NCBI GenBank assembly: GCA_964610875.1 | Contig: CAZSWP010000004.1 | Coordinates: 1 to 64,000, forward strand | Direction: 5' to 3' | DNA length: 64,000 bases | Origin: an uncultured archaeon | Lineage (GTDB): Archaea; Asgardarchaeota; Thorarchaeia; Thorarchaeales; Thorarchaeaceae | Shown here: piece by piece, positions 20,262 through 31,539 of the stretch | Position numbering within the stretch: the first letter of the stretch is position 1 | How the letters are laid out: each line of letters begins with the position of its first letter | Made by a program: the position numbers and the translations under genes | Notes under the pieces: model-generated | Told to the model about the DNA's origin: nothing | What the model saw: only the letters and a program-made list of their open reading frames with translations | Database searches by the model: none

Positions 20262-23198
20262 CTATCGCCTTCGGCAGATCATAGCAATGACAATCAACGC
20301 GACAATAGCTCCAAGAACTATTATCCAATTCTCTCGGAGGTATTCGATGAGTGTATCAGTTATCCCCCCAGTAGTTGTTGGACTGTCAGTTGTTGTATCT
20401 GTATCTGAGGTCTCTGTTGATGTATCAGTAATGGTATCGGTTGTTATATCAGTAGTAGTTGCTGTAGTAGTCGTCTGTTCTTCAATGGTGTAGCTGAAGA
20501 CCGAGGATTCAATTGAATTACCTGCGTTATCCGTAGCAATAACAACATATCTGATATTTGTGCCAACTGGAGAAGGAGCAATTGTACCAACATATAATCC
20601 TCCAGTCATTGTCATCTGGATTGTATTGTTTGTTATCCAATTATCCACTGAGAATGAGATGAACACTTGGTTTATTCCAGACGAGTTGAGAGATTCTGAA
20701 ACATTCGCGGTTACTTCAACAAAGATACCATCATAGGTACTACCTGTTCTGTTGTCACTAACAGAGTGCATGATTGGTGCTCTAGTATCCATTATAGTAT
20801 AGTGACTAAGGTGAACGGGATTTCCAAGTGCACTCGTGTTCACAGGTAAGATTCGATACCAAACACCTTGTCCATATTGGTTAGCAGGAATCTGTTTTGT
20901 ATATATCCCACTGGAGAGTGTCATGTTGGATACGAAGGATGATGTCCAGTTGTTGTAAGATATCTCAAATGTGACAAAGTCTGCATTTGATACATTTGCA
21001 GATACTTGAACAGTATTGTCATATTCAGGTTGGGAGGGAATCTGTGAGGTCTCCCAAATGATGGGAAGTTTGTATGTTTCTTCAATTGCAGCACATGTAT
21101 TGAGTTTCCCATAACCCCATTCAAAATTGGGAATACCAGGAGGTCTAGGAATAACTCCAGTATACGCATCATTATATGACGTATACTCAATTATGTCCTT
21201 GACTATAGAACCACAATCTCCATTCAATTGAAGTATGAGTGCAGCAGCACCAGCAACATGTGGACCAGCTGCAGATGTACCACTGAATAACTGATACCCG
21301 CCAAAAACCGGATAGCAGGGCATTCCTCCTGTTGTCCACCAAGAAGAATATGATGAATCACTTGACCACGAAGAAACTACATCCCACCCACCAGGTGCTG
21401 CGAGGGAAATTTTCATATTGCCATCAATACGTGGACCTTGGGAAGAATATGGAGCTAGCCAGCCATAGCCAGGAGACCATAGGTTACGTGACATATAAGA
21501 TGCCACTGATATTGCACTATCTGCTGTAGAGGGCCATGTTATTGTATATTGACTATCTGTATAGTCGTACCAAGACGCACCATAGCTCCATCCTGTCATA
21601 TCATCAGCGATGTAGAGATGAATATCTCCTGATTTTGTATTATTGATTTCAATACTCCAGTATTTTGTATCTTGAATTGTTCCAGCGATGTTTGCAGAAA
21701 TATCAATTGCAAGCATGTAGGTATCTCTCATGGATTTTGACTTGAATGTGTCAATTGAAATATTCGTAGAGGTCACTGCATTCTGAAAATTGTAGTAACC
21801 CGAGGAGAAGGTGAGTTGATGTACCAGTGAACCTGTGGAGGTAGGTTCAGTAATATTGACTTTTGCGTCTGTAAGAGGTGATTTCGAAAGCACAGTGATG
21901 TACATTTCTGAAATACCCGTAGCTGTAGGTGCATAGAATCTGGTGGAGGTTGTGACATTCCCAGTGGCAGTATACTTAGCGTGTCTATATCCTTCACTCA
22001 AGCTACCTCGCATGTTCCCTGCTGGAACTATCACAGGAATGCCACTTGACACAAGGGTATCAATCATGAGCTCAACATTGCTTGAACCATCCAAGTATTG
22101 ATAGGTCCATGCTCCTAGCTCAATAATGATAACATCTGCACGAAGCTTTTGAGCCCAAATTAGACCTTCCTCAACTGTTAAGCCATCACTTCCAAACACA
22201 TTGATGGCAGCCAGCTCAGCGTCTGGAGCAACACCAACATATTTTCGATAGCCTAATTGACCACCATTGAGGATACCAGCAACACCAGTACCATGACCAT
22301 CAGTATCATAGAAAGTACATGAAGTGAGATTCTGATCTCTATCCCATACTTGAATCGTGTCTTGTAATGACTTGTGTACAATGTACTTCGTCTTTGGCGT
22401 CTTTAATCCAATTAATTGATCTGCAGTTGTAAAAGCGCCATCACTGTTAGTATCATTGAATAAAAAGAATGTATCACCATCATCAATTGAGCCAATTGTA
22501 GTTCCATTATCCATCCAGAGCCAGTCCACATACATTGTAAAACTCCCATCGTTGTCAACATCTATGGAATAGAGAGTTTCATTTGCACTAATTATATAAT
22601 CGCCATTTACGTCGATTCCATCAGTCCCATTATCGAAACCCCAAGTGGATGGATGTGTCCCTACATTGAACCAAGTATAATTTCCTCCATCAGGAAATAG
22701 GAAGTCAGGATGACGCCATTGGATTCCAGTATCAAGATCGGCAATCAACATATTTTTTCCAGTTAGGTTTCTACCATAGTAGTCTTGCATCTGCCAGGAG
22801 ATGTTTGTGTAGGAGTCAGACATGGAAATATCACGAGGGACCACGGCATGAGGGTTTCGCAAAGGTTCACTTTTTACAAAGAGAGGTTCAGCTTCTAGAA
22901 GCATGAGAGTATGTTCAGAAATTTCAGCCAGATATATACTCCCAATGTTATCAATCCTGATTCCAAAATCTACACCTAAAGTCTGTAGATATTCAATCTC
23001 ATCAGCAGATAGTTCATGGATGAATTGAATTGATACCTTCTCACCTTCTAGGCTGTAGACATTCATATCAGGAGTTTTCAAATCATCGGTTTCTGTAACT
23101 TCGATTGTATTTATCTCAGCAGTTTGGATAACAGTTCCATTCATACAGAGAAATAGACTTGATATAACTAGTAAAGCAATTAGCGCAGACTTCAACAA
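20262..23198 (-). CDS. Membrane-anchored S8 (subtilisin-like) serine protease
   Basis: Signal peptide; triad 'DLDTG', 'HGTGVAG', 'SGTSAAGPHVAG'; Thr-rich linker, TM and RRR at the C-terminus. Confidence 0.92.
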   Translation of the reverse strand: MLKSALIALLVISSLFLCMNGTVIQTAEINTIEVTETDDLKTPDMNVYSLEGEKVSIQFIHELSADEIEYLQTLGVDFGIRIDNIGSIYLAEISEHTLMLLEAEPLFVKSEPLRNPHAVVPRDISMSDSYTNISWQMQDYYGRNLTGKNMLIADLDTGIQWRHPDFLFPDGGNYTWFNVGTHPSTWGFDNGTDGIDVNGDYIISANETLYSIDVDNDGSFTMYVDWLWMDNGTTIGSIDDGDTFFLFNDTNSDGAFTTADQLIGLKTPKTKYIVHKSLQDTIQVWDRDQNLTSCTFYDTDGHGTGVAGILNGGQLGYRKYVGVAPDAELAAINVFGSDGLTVEEGLIWAQKLRADVIIIELGAWTYQYLDGSSNVELMIDTLVSSGIPVIVPAGNMRGSLSEGYRHAKYTATGNVTTSTRFYAPTATGISEMYITVLSKSPLTDAKVNITEPTSTGSLVHQLTFSSGYYNFQNAVTSTNISIDTFKSKSMRDTYMLAIDISANIAGTIQDTKYWSIEINNTKSGDIHLYIADDMTGWSYGASWYDYTDSQYTITWPSTADSAISVASYMSRNLWSPGYGWLAPYSSQGPRIDGNMKISLAAPGGWDVVSSWSSDSSYSSWWTTGGMPCYPVFGGYQLFSGTSAAGPHVAGAAALILQLNGDCGSIVKDIIEYTSYNDAYTGVIPRPPGIPNFEWGYGKLNTCAAIEETYKLPIIWETSQIPSQPEYDNTVQVSANVSNADFVTFEISYNNWTSSFVSNMTLSSGIYTKQIPANQYGQGVWYRILPVNTSALGNPVHLSHYTIMDTRAPIMHSVSDNRTGSTYDGIFVEVTANVSESLNSSGINQVFISFSVDNWITNNTIQMTMTGGLYVGTIAPSPVGTNIRYVVIATDNAGNSIESSVFSYTIEEQTTTTATTTDITTDTITDTSTETSDTDTTTDSPTTTGGITDTLIEYLRENWIIVLGAIVALIVIAMICRRR

Positions 23199-23346
23199 AG
23201 CTCCCTCTACTGATTTGCGTGCATTATTTCTATTATCTCTTGTCTAATAAGGCCTATTCATATGAAATCTCTCGATTTTTCGACAGGTCAACATGGGAGC
23301 AATACAAATAGTATGGCTTAAGACGTGTTGTGGATGATGGACAGAT

Positions 23347-23919
23347 ATGTTTCACGGAGAGAAGGTCACTCTCAGAGCGATAGAGATGTCGGATCTGGAA
23401 CCAATATTGGAGTTTAGAAACAGCTGGGAGTTAAGGAGATGGCATGGAGTTCCACTTCCTAAGTCAAAGAAAGCAGTGAGAGAATGGCTCGAAAAAGCAA
23501 CAGTATCTGACCCGTGGAAAGATGGACAATTAATCTTAGCAATCACAGAAAAGAAATCTAGAGAGTTCCTAGGAATAGCCAGACTCTATGATATCAGAAG
23601 CCCACATCTTCGAGGGTCAATCGGCGTTTCAATCCAAAATCCGAAGCATCAAGGAAAAGGGTACGGGTCAGACACAACACTTGTATTATTGTGGATAGGT
23701 TTTCACGTACTAGGTCTGAACAGCATCTATCTTGATATCATGGAAGATAATGAGAGAGCGATGAAAACAGCTGAAAAGATGGGTTTCAAAAGAATTGGTG
23801 TGTTTAGAGAGACTGAGTTCATTGCAGGCGAATTCCAAGGGCTTGTGTACTATGATATTCTCCGCAGCGAGTTTTTCGAACGATATCCACCTGGTTCATT
23901 AATCGCTGATGGACATTAA
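23347..23919 (+). CDS. GNAT acetyltransferase (RimJ/RimL-like)
   Basis: 'QGKGYG', 'N.RA...EKMGF..IG..RE'. Confidence 0.9.
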   Translation: MFHGEKVTLRAIEMSDLEPILEFRNSWELRRWHGVPLPKSKKAVREWLEKATVSDPWKDGQLILAITEKKSREFLGIARLYDIRSPHLRGSIGVSIQNPKHQGKGYGSDTTLVLLWIGFHVLGLNSIYLDIMEDNERAMKTAEKMGFKRIGVFRETEFIAGEFQGLVYYDILRSEFFERYPPGSLIADGH

Positions 23920-24024
23920 TTGCAGGTTCATAGATTTATCCTTTGAAGACATGACTCACCTCTGCATAAATGAAAATGGAGAAGTTCATTCAATTTTGAG
24001 CGATGTGGTGAGTGAAATGCCACA

Positions 24025-26490
24025 CTACTCTTCGAAATACATATCATAACTTCTCCGTTTTCTTCCTCTATAGACCATATATCCTGCGATTAACAGAGCG
24101 ACACCGATTGTCACAGGAATGATTAAGGCAGGATTGAGCAGGTTTAGTAGTCCTTGATCCTGCACCTGATAGGAATCGGTTGATGAAACCACCCAATTAT
24201 CCTCATTATCACAGACATATGCTTTATAGTAAACCAAAGAACCTCCAAGTTGAGCAGGTATTTCAGCCTCCCAGTGGTCACCAGTTTTTACTGCACTTGT
24301 ATTAGTCCATGATAAACCTTGATCGACTGAATAAGATACTATCACTTCTTTAACAGAATCAGGGTCATCAACTGTGACACTGACTGTTACAACATCAGTG
24401 GCCGTTGGACTTTCAGGTGATGTGGTCATTGAAGAAATTGAAACTGATGATTCTTCTTGCTGGAAATAATCAAAGAGGGAGAAATCTACGATTGGATAGT
24501 GGTCAATATTATTGCTGTTGATCTCATAAGGGGTATCACCAATACCATCGTCATCTTCATCAACCCCATCATATTGTTCCCAATAATTGCCAATTGTGGT
24601 ATTATCCCATTCAAGATTCGAACTCAGCGAAATGTCTGCTCCATGATTACCACCTGTAAGAAAAGCGTTGAAATATATCAGACAGTTTGAAGCTGATTCG
24701 AGCGATATATCATAAACATGGGAATTATTGATTAGGTTGCCATGAACTGTTATATCCTCAGTATTTGCAATTTCAACCCCGTAATGGTCTGATATCGAAA
24801 ATTGATTTCTAATTATTTTTGATCCTTTTGATGTGTCGAGATAAATACCGTCCCAACCAACATCAAAAAAGATATTTTCAGATACAGTTGTATTAGGAGC
24901 TTCTAAAACAAGAATGCCATTATCATCAACAAGCTGTACTTCATTGTTTATGAATTGACAACTAGATGCATTGAACACCGATAGGCCTTGCCACCCTGTT
25001 TTATCGAATATGTTATTCTTCACAATTGTGTTATTAGACCATGCATGTATGAGAACTCCGTCCTCATCTGTGTTGTATATCTCGTTCGATTCAAAAACGC
25101 AAAACTGAGATTCGTGAGCACGCATTCCCGTCCAAAATGTGTCATATAATTTATTTCCATTCAAATGGGAATAGTCCGACCCAAATTCAGCAACCATACC
25201 ACCAGTGCGAACTAGAATATTATTTGAAATATCTGCATTTGGGGACATCGAAGTAGATAGACCATATGCTTGAGTATCTTCTACATGGTTGAATTCAATA
25301 ATGGTATCAGACGTCTGATAGGTAGTTATACCCACAGAAGTGCTATTGTAGACTTTGTTATAATTGATTGTGGAATTCCAGCTGCTCGTAGCAATCCCGT
25401 GCCATGTTGAATTCAGAACAGTATTATTTTCAATTAATGCAGATTCAGAATTTTCAACACCAATTCCATTCTCACTTGAGAAACTCACATGATTATTTTG
25501 GACTATATTCTCAGGTCCACCATTGAGTCTAATTCCATACCAAGTTGTATGAGAGATAGTGTTATTTTTAATCAGGGAATTTGGATTCTCACTACATATA
25601 CCATTCCAACCAGAATTATGAATTATGTTATTTCTAACAGTTTGGTCAGTGGCCCCATAACAAAGACGGATTCCGTCCCATCCCTGATTGACCAACTCAT
25701 TGTTTTGAATAGTAGTATAATTTGAGAATTCTAAACGAATTGCTCCATTAGTTGTGTCATGAACACTATTGAATGAGATTATGGAATGCAAGGACCTGTA
25801 TTCATAGATACCATAACCACTTGAATCTGAGATTTCGTTGTTCATTATTATGGAGTTTTCGCTCATAGTATTATGAACACCATTTACCGACTCCTGAATT
25901 GTACAACCATCAGCTGTACAGTCATTTGCCTGAATAATGACAATACCCGTTGTACACGAGTATGCGTACGATTCTCCAATGAAACATGAAGTGCTCCTTG
26001 AAAAGGCAAAGCCAACATCACAATCGTTGGCACTACAGTTGTGAATTTGACAAGAAGTACAACTATCAAGCCATATTCCATGTGTTTTAACATTTAATGA
26101 AATACTTTCGAATTTGAGATTTGAACAATTCTTGGCATGTATTGCGGAATTACCAATGGCGGTGGCACTGCTCAAGTAACAGTTGATTATGGAAACGAAT
26201 TTTGTTGTATTAGCAATATCAATACAGACCGAATCACTCGTAATATTTAACCCCTCTATGAGGTATGGTTCACTTTCTGTACCACTACCTGGAAAACCTA
26301 AGCTTTCAAGATGAGTGTTGTTATGTATCTCAATGGGTCCACTCGTCGTGTAGGCTAAGGTTTTATCCACATCCACAGATTCAAGATTGATACTCTCTGG
26401 AGTTATTGTGGTGATTACAGGAATCATTAGGAACAGTAGCATAGCTATTGCGAGAACACGGGATTCTATATTCATCTCTCTCTCTCTCAT
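24025..26490 (-). CDS. Surface protein with right-handed parallel beta-helix (NosD/CASH) repeats
   Basis: Many 'GI.L......I.NN.I' repeats, 'GNYW..Y.G.D...DGIGDTPY', C-terminal TM. Confidence 0.88.
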   Translation of the reverse strand: MREREMNIESRVLAIAMLLFLMIPVITTITPESINLESVDVDKTLAYTTSGPIEIHNNTHLESLGFPGSGTESEPYLIEGLNITSDSVCIDIANTTKFVSIINCYLSSATAIGNSAIHAKNCSNLKFESISLNVKTHGIWLDSCTSCQIHNCSANDCDVGFAFSRSTSCFIGESYAYSCTTGIVIIQANDCTADGCTIQESVNGVHNTMSENSIIMNNEISDSSGYGIYEYRSLHSIISFNSVHDTTNGAIRLEFSNYTTIQNNELVNQGWDGIRLCYGATDQTVRNNIIHNSGWNGICSENPNSLIKNNTISHTTWYGIRLNGGPENIVQNNHVSFSSENGIGVENSESALIENNTVLNSTWHGIATSSWNSTINYNKVYNSTSVGITTYQTSDTIIEFNHVEDTQAYGLSTSMSPNADISNNILVRTGGMVAEFGSDYSHLNGNKLYDTFWTGMRAHESQFCVFESNEIYNTDEDGVLIHAWSNNTIVKNNIFDKTGWQGLSVFNASSCQFINNEVQLVDDNGILVLEAPNTTVSENIFFDVGWDGIYLDTSKGSKIIRNQFSISDHYGVEIANTEDITVHGNLINNSHVYDISLESASNCLIYFNAFLTGGNHGADISLSSNLEWDNTTIGNYWEQYDGVDEDDDGIGDTPYEINSNNIDHYPIVDFSLFDYFQQEESSVSISSMTTSPESPTATDVVTVSVTVDDPDSVKEVIVSYSVDQGLSWTNTSAVKTGDHWEAEIPAQLGGSLVYYKAYVCDNEDNWVVSSTDSYQVQDQGLLNLLNPALIIPVTIGVALLIAGYMVYRGRKRRSYDMYFEE

Positions 26491-26577
26491 TACAAAAAGG
26501 ATGAATAGAAAACCATACTAATTAGATTTATGGTGATTGATTACAGCTTTTGATAAAGGATTGATAGTAGTTCATTC

Positions 26578-27471
26578 CTAGTAATCTAATCTTAGTTTCC
26601 AGTGTATTTCATCCGCTAAAATTTTGCTCTCTTCAGAATCAGTGACAAGTTCTATCTCATCAGGAGAAGACACTCCAATTCCTAGTTCAATGGCACGGGC
26701 AATCTGTTCCTGCTGGAAAATCGGTCCAGTTCCCACTTCACGTGTCGTGCCTAGAATTCGTAACATTGCGACTCCAACAGCATCAATTGCAATCTTATCT
26801 GTTCCAGCGATGAACACATTTGCTTCCTTTTTAGTGCCCTTCATCGGACCTCCATCCACAAAGGATAGTACACCATCCATTATGATTAAATCCCATGAAT
26901 ATACTGAATTAATCTCCGCAATCATCTTTCTTTGATGAGGAGAGCTGTGTAATTCGCTCATGTAGTCGTATCCTTTTCTTGGAACGAGAGCAGTAGCATT
27001 CTTCAATGACATGGTGAAATGTCCACCGTACATGTGCGTCTTCAAACAGCAGGTTTCAATCACGCATTCAGCTTCATCGTATATCTTAGCAAATAGAAAT
27101 CCATCTTTCCAATGGCTTCCCTCAGGCTCCTTCATAACCCAACCTTCTCTTTGTAGAGTAGAGAGATTGACAATAGAGAAATCAAGTTCTTCAGCTAAGT
27201 CATATAGTCCTTTTTCCCTAAAGACCTGCTCTGTATTTGCAGGACCACTTCTCTCAGCAATAGTGATAGACGTTGCACCCATATCTTGAATCTTGACTAT
27301 CAGTTGTCTTAGAGTGACCATTGAGGTGGATGCAGGATGAGGGTCACCTGTATTGAAATTAGGTTTCAATACAACTGCTTTTCCTTTGACGGGATTTATT
27401 CCCAGCAACTCAAAAGACTTGTTTACTCCATACACTCTATCATTTGTTTTAATCACCGCAACTTTCGTCAA
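26578..27471 (-). CDS. DUF362 domain protein
   Basis: 'VVLKPN', 'LKTH...T.SLKN', 'D.IAIDAV'. Confidence 0.85.
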   Translation of the reverse strand: MTKVAVIKTNDRVYGVNKSFELLGINPVKGKAVVLKPNFNTGDPHPASTSMVTLRQLIVKIQDMGATSITIAERSGPANTEQVFREKGLYDLAEELDFSIVNLSTLQREGWVMKEPEGSHWKDGFLFAKIYDEAECVIETCCLKTHMYGGHFTMSLKNATALVPRKGYDYMSELHSSPHQRKMIAEINSVYSWDLIIMDGVLSFVDGGPMKGTKKEANVFIAGTDKIAIDAVGVAMLRILGTTREVGTGPIFQQEQIARAIELGIGVSSPDEIELVTDSEESKILADEIHWKLRLDY

Positions 27472-27570
27472 ATACTACACCACTAGGATACTTCACTGAT
27501 GTGAAGCAATACATCCCTATGGTTCTTACAGCATTTGATGGTTTTGTTATGAATCAAAGTGGGAGAGAAA

Positions 27571-27956
27571 CTAGACATGCGGAGGTCCAGCACAAATCCT
27601 TTTACTTGCTATCTCACCAAATCCTGAAAACTCAGGGTCAGGAGGAGCTCCAATACCAACACCGAGTATTAGTCGTCCATTTGAAAGATGATCGAGTGTG
27701 ACAGTTTCTCGAGCAAGTTTCCAAGGTCTCCTGCGTGGAAGTGGAGTGACATGGGCACCAACTCTCATTCTTTTGGTATTACATGCAATTGCTGCAAGTG
27801 CAACCCATGAGTAGTATGATTTTCTTTGAAGACAGCCATATGGTCCCAGATGAAGAAACCATCCCAGCCTGCTTCCTCAGCTTCGACAGCCACATTGACC
27901 AAATTATTGATTTCACCAAAGTAACCAAAGTTAGGGAGAGACATACCGCATTTCAA
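27571..27956 (-). pseudogene. LLM-class flavin-dependent oxidoreductase, frameshifted and truncated
   Basis: 'AEEAGWDGFFIWDH' in one frame and 'VTPLPRRRPWKLARETVTLDHLSNGRLILGVGIG' in another, then an early stop. Confidence 0.85.
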
Positions 27957-28030
27957 GAGAACACCTCAAACGAACTTCAAGGCATTCAATCCGAGATATG
28001 GAAACTTCTCTCGTCATTTATGAGTGAGTT

Positions 28031-29632
28031 CTAGAAAAGATTCTCAATCATCTCCTTGAATCTTCCCAGTTCTTCAGCGGGAATATTACCTTTCGTCACT
28101 GCTTCAACAAGACGCCTTGCCGTATCTTCTGTAAACTTCAGCGTAGCAAGTTTTGTCCCCATATCCTCAGTTATTGATTGATACTTCGTTCCACTTGTCG
28201 CTTCTGGGACCGCAATAATAGCATAGTCTGCTTCTTTTGCCGCTATGATATCATTCAGCCGTTTGACAGAATAGTAAGCGGCTACTCCACCGCTTCGATC
28301 CCAATCCTTTACATTTGCCACATCAATACAGATTTTTTTAGAGGTGCCATCTTGTGTGAGTTCGAGAATGGCGGTAGCTTCACGTTCCGCAACACCTTTT
28401 GCCACTACAAGTTGGGTGGTCACGTTCTTCTCCTTTCCAGCTTCTTCCAAAGCTTTTGCTACAGCGTTGATGACAACAGGAGCAGTCAGCTTAATCACAA
28501 AGTCCGACTGTTCCTCAATTGGTTCAGGTTCCTTGTCAAACAATATTGCATCAATTCGGGGGATGATATGCCGCAGAGCCTCTCTGGGAACTCCTTTTGA
28601 ATGGGTAAATGCTTCATCAATGTCAGAAGTAGTTAAGGGGAACAATTTGTCAGGAGGGGGATCGATGTTCTGTCTATCCCAGTATCTTTTCATGGAGGAA
28701 GCAACAAACTCCTCTATATCTTCTTTTGTAAATTCGCGAAGATTGACAACGGGTTCCATTCTGGACTGCATTGGACCATCTGCAATGTTGTATATTCGCT
28801 CCCAGATTTCTGTTAGACAGGAGGCAACAATTAGAACATTCTTGGATTCGTTGTAAAGACGTTTCATTACCTCAAGAAAATGGAGTTCACCCTCTTCACC
28901 ATGTGTATTGTATGGACCTTCCATTTCATCTATGAATAACATGATTGGCTCTTCTGAACCTTCAAGCAATAATTTGAGTGTGGCAAACGTGACATCATCT
29001 TCTTCTAGAATCGTCCTGACATCGAGTTGTTCAATTTCTTCATGACTCAATGCATCTCCAAGTAACCATCTTCTTGCTAGGTCCTTGTGTGCGGGATCTA
29101 ATCGATATCTAAGTAGAACTTTGACAACATCTGCAGATATTCCAGGATACTCCACCAATAATCTCTCAAGAGCATAATCATAGTCATAGAGTTCATGGGT
29201 TACTCCCTTCACGCCACCAAATTTTGTAATCAACATATCAACTGCGTTTTCAAATATTCGCTCTCCCATCTCATCTACAAGGCATGCATGGAAATGCAAT
29301 GGGACTCTCACTGGAGCAGGAGGAGAAGGAACATAGACTGCTACAAAATTTAGTTCTTTCATTGATTTCTCCTTATCCTTCAACGCCCAGAACAAGTGTG
29401 TTTTTCCCATACCTGCTGAACCAAGTACAGGTTGAAATCTTGGTGTCGAGTCACTCTTTACGAAACGCAGCATTCTGAATATGACTCTGTCAGCATCTTC
29501 GTGTGGGCCTTCGATATCTATCTCATCTGGGGTGTCCCCTCTTGATACATATCGTTTCAATGGTGGGTCATCTCGGAGTATTTCTAGATACATCTCTTCA
29601 TCGAAACTTGTATTTCCTTCAGATTCTTCCAT
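28031..29632 (-). CDS. P-loop (AAA/STAND-like) ATPase with C-terminal alpha/beta domain
   Basis: Walker A 'GSAGMGKT', Walker B 'MLFIDEME', 'G.PRE'; ATG at 29632 after GGAG. Confidence 0.8.
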   Translation of the reverse strand: MEESEGNTSFDEEMYLEILRDDPPLKRYVSRGDTPDEIDIEGPHEDADRVIFRMLRFVKSDSTPRFQPVLGSAGMGKTHLFWALKDKEKSMKELNFVAVYVPSPPAPVRVPLHFHACLVDEMGERIFENAVDMLITKFGGVKGVTHELYDYDYALERLLVEYPGISADVVKVLLRYRLDPAHKDLARRWLLGDALSHEEIEQLDVRTILEEDDVTFATLKLLLEGSEEPIMLFIDEMEGPYNTHGEEGELHFLEVMKRLYNESKNVLIVASCLTEIWERIYNIADGPMQSRMEPVVNLREFTKEDIEEFVASSMKRYWDRQNIDPPPDKLFPLTTSDIDEAFTHSKGVPREALRHIIPRIDAILFDKEPEPIEEQSDFVIKLTAPVVINAVAKALEEAGKEKNVTTQLVVAKGVAEREATAILELTQDGTSKKICIDVANVKDWDRSGGVAAYYSVKRLNDIIAAKEADYAIIAVPEATSGTKYQSITEDMGTKLATLKFTEDTARRLVEAVTKGNIPAEELGRFKEMIENLF

Positions 29633-29705
29633 TACTCTCCCTCTGCGCGAGCAATGACTTCTAATTCGATTAGGTGATAATGAATCTATTGTTTGATTGC
29701 AATTA

Positions 29706-30389
29706 TCATAACCAGAAGATGTATGCAACAACTCCCATTGATAAGAGAAATATTGCCATGTAATATGTCAGAAGAATTGCTGGTTCTTGAAACTTGAATT
29801 CATGATGGAACTCTCTGATACCAATTAATGAGTCAGATATTATGAAGAAGACTGCACCAACGACCAGAAGGAATCCAAGGAATGTATTGGTCGACAGCCA
29901 GAGAAGGAGTGAAGTGCTGAGGGTCAATGATATTGCTAGAGCATATATATCCACAGCTCGAAGCATCTTATGGTCCATTCCCTTCTCTGATGTCTTTAGA
30001 TATCTATGGTAGAAGAAGATATAGAATAATAACCCGACTAGACAGACAACAAAGACTGCAAAAGGGATGAGCTGGAATCCTTGTTGTATACTCTGTTGTA
30101 AAAAGTTGATAACAAAGAAGAGGTGTGCAAAGAGAAATAATCCAAGCCCAGGTAGAATATTATACTCCATCGCAATGTCCCCTAAGCCACAAAAAATCAA
30201 AGCCACTGCTAATAATAGATAAAAAATTGTAAACTCTGGTTGAAACAATAGCACATAGATTGCACCAATAAACGCTGGAAGTGGCTTGACTATCGTTCTG
30301 AGCATATTAGATTCAGAGGTCAACGTTTTATGAGCCGTTGTCAATAATGCCAACGCCCAGAAAGCTATACCATAGATGAGAAGGGACAT
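29706..30389 (-). CDS. Lysoplasmalogenase (YhhN/TMEM86) family
   Basis: 'KPLP', 'GLGD', 'GL..FLFAH', 'F.ISDS.I', 'TYY.A'. Confidence 0.88.
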   Translation of the reverse strand: MSLLIYGIAFWALALLTTAHKTLTSESNMLRTIVKPLPAFIGAIYVLLFQPEFTIFYLLLAVALIFCGLGDIAMEYNILPGLGLFLFAHLFFVINFLQQSIQQGFQLIPFAVFVVCLVGLLFYIFFYHRYLKTSEKGMDHKMLRAVDIYALAISLTLSTSLLLWLSTNTFLGFLLVVGAVFFIISDSLIGIREFHHEFKFQEPAILLTYYMAIFLLSMGVVAYIFWL

Positions 30390-30446
30390 GATTTCCTTTG
30401 AAATACGAATCCCCTTATGAATTTTTAATCAGAGAGATTCTGTGTT

Positions 30447-30716
30447 TTATATTCCTTTTCTCCACTTATCAACCGAATTCTTCGATACAATAAGATAGTC
30501 GAAACTCTCACCTGTAATCTCCTTGATTTGTTCCTTCTGTTCGCCGTTTAGCTGTATCGCTTTAGATGCCATCTTTGTCGACCATGGTTTTCCAAAAAGC
30601 TCATCAAGATTATCTTTGAATTCGATATGCAATCTAGCAGGACCAAATCCCGTTATCATTTTAAGATGTTCACGCTGCCCTTGCGTTAGTTTTAGTACCA
30701 TATTTTTGGAACTCAT
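30447..30716 (-). CDS. Small hypothetical protein with internal duplication
   Basis: 'LTQGQREHLKMITG' / 'LNGEQKEQIKEITG'; GGTG RBS. Confidence 0.65.
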   Translation of the reverse strand: MSSKNMVLKLTQGQREHLKMITGFGPARLHIEFKDNLDELFGKPWSTKMASKAIQLNGEQKEQIKEITGESFDYLIVSKNSVDKWRKGI

Positions 30717-30788
30717 TCTTTCTTCACACCTTATAGTAAGTACATATTCTTCCTTTAAACATATTATTTGTTGAGAGGTATTGAATTC

Positions 30789-31457
30789 TTAGTCAAGTGT
30801 GAATTCCTCACCATGTTCAAGTAAGACAACTTTAATGGAGGGATTATCTTGAACTTTTGATCTGAAGACCTCCGAGTCAGCATCCTTCACATGCATAGGG
30901 ATTGCTACCTTTGGTTCTATCAGAAGCGCTGCTTCAGAAGCTTCATCCATATCCATGGTGTAAGTGTCGCCACTGGGGAGTAAAGCAACATCTATCTCTC
31001 CAAGTACTTCCATCTCAGGAATCAAATCAGTGTCTCCAGCATGATAGATTCTTTTTCCATTAATTGTAATGATGTATCCAACACCAAAACCCTTGGGATG
31101 GAATGGTTCACCAGATGGACGGAAACGTTTTACATTGTAGGCATGAACTGCACGTACAACAACACCATCATCTAGTTGGAAAAACTCGTTTGCATGCACA
31201 CTCCAAATGAAGCCCTTTAACGCATCACGACAGTTCTCCGGTGCAATGATTGGAGACCCTAGTTTCCGTATCTGTTTAATCATACCTGGGTCACAATGAT
31301 CTGCATGATTGTGGGTGACCAGAATCAAGTCTGCTTTTTCAAGATTCTTCGGTTTTAATTTTTTCATGTATTTAGTTGAGGGGTCGATATAGATGACCTT
31401 TTTTTCCGTTTTGATTTGGAAACTTGCATGGGCTAAACAACGAATAGTTATTGACAT
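30789..31457 (-). CDS. MBL-fold metallo-hydrolase
   Basis: 'THNHADH', 'YHAGDT', 'IPMH'. Confidence 0.92.
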   Translation of the reverse strand: MSITIRCLAHASFQIKTEKKVIYIDPSTKYMKKLKPKNLEKADLILVTHNHADHCDPGMIKQIRKLGSPIIAPENCRDALKGFIWSVHANEFFQLDDGVVVRAVHAYNVKRFRPSGEPFHPKGFGVGYIITINGKRIYHAGDTDLIPEMEVLGEIDVALLPSGDTYTMDMDEASEAALLIEPKVAIPMHVKDADSEVFRSKVQDNPSIKVVLLEHGEEFTLD

Positions 31458-31539
31458 ACATTTCACCTTTTTTCTACTAAGAATATCATCACAATTGAGA
31501 TTGTAACTACTACACGGTCTCTTAATACCATTCACATAT

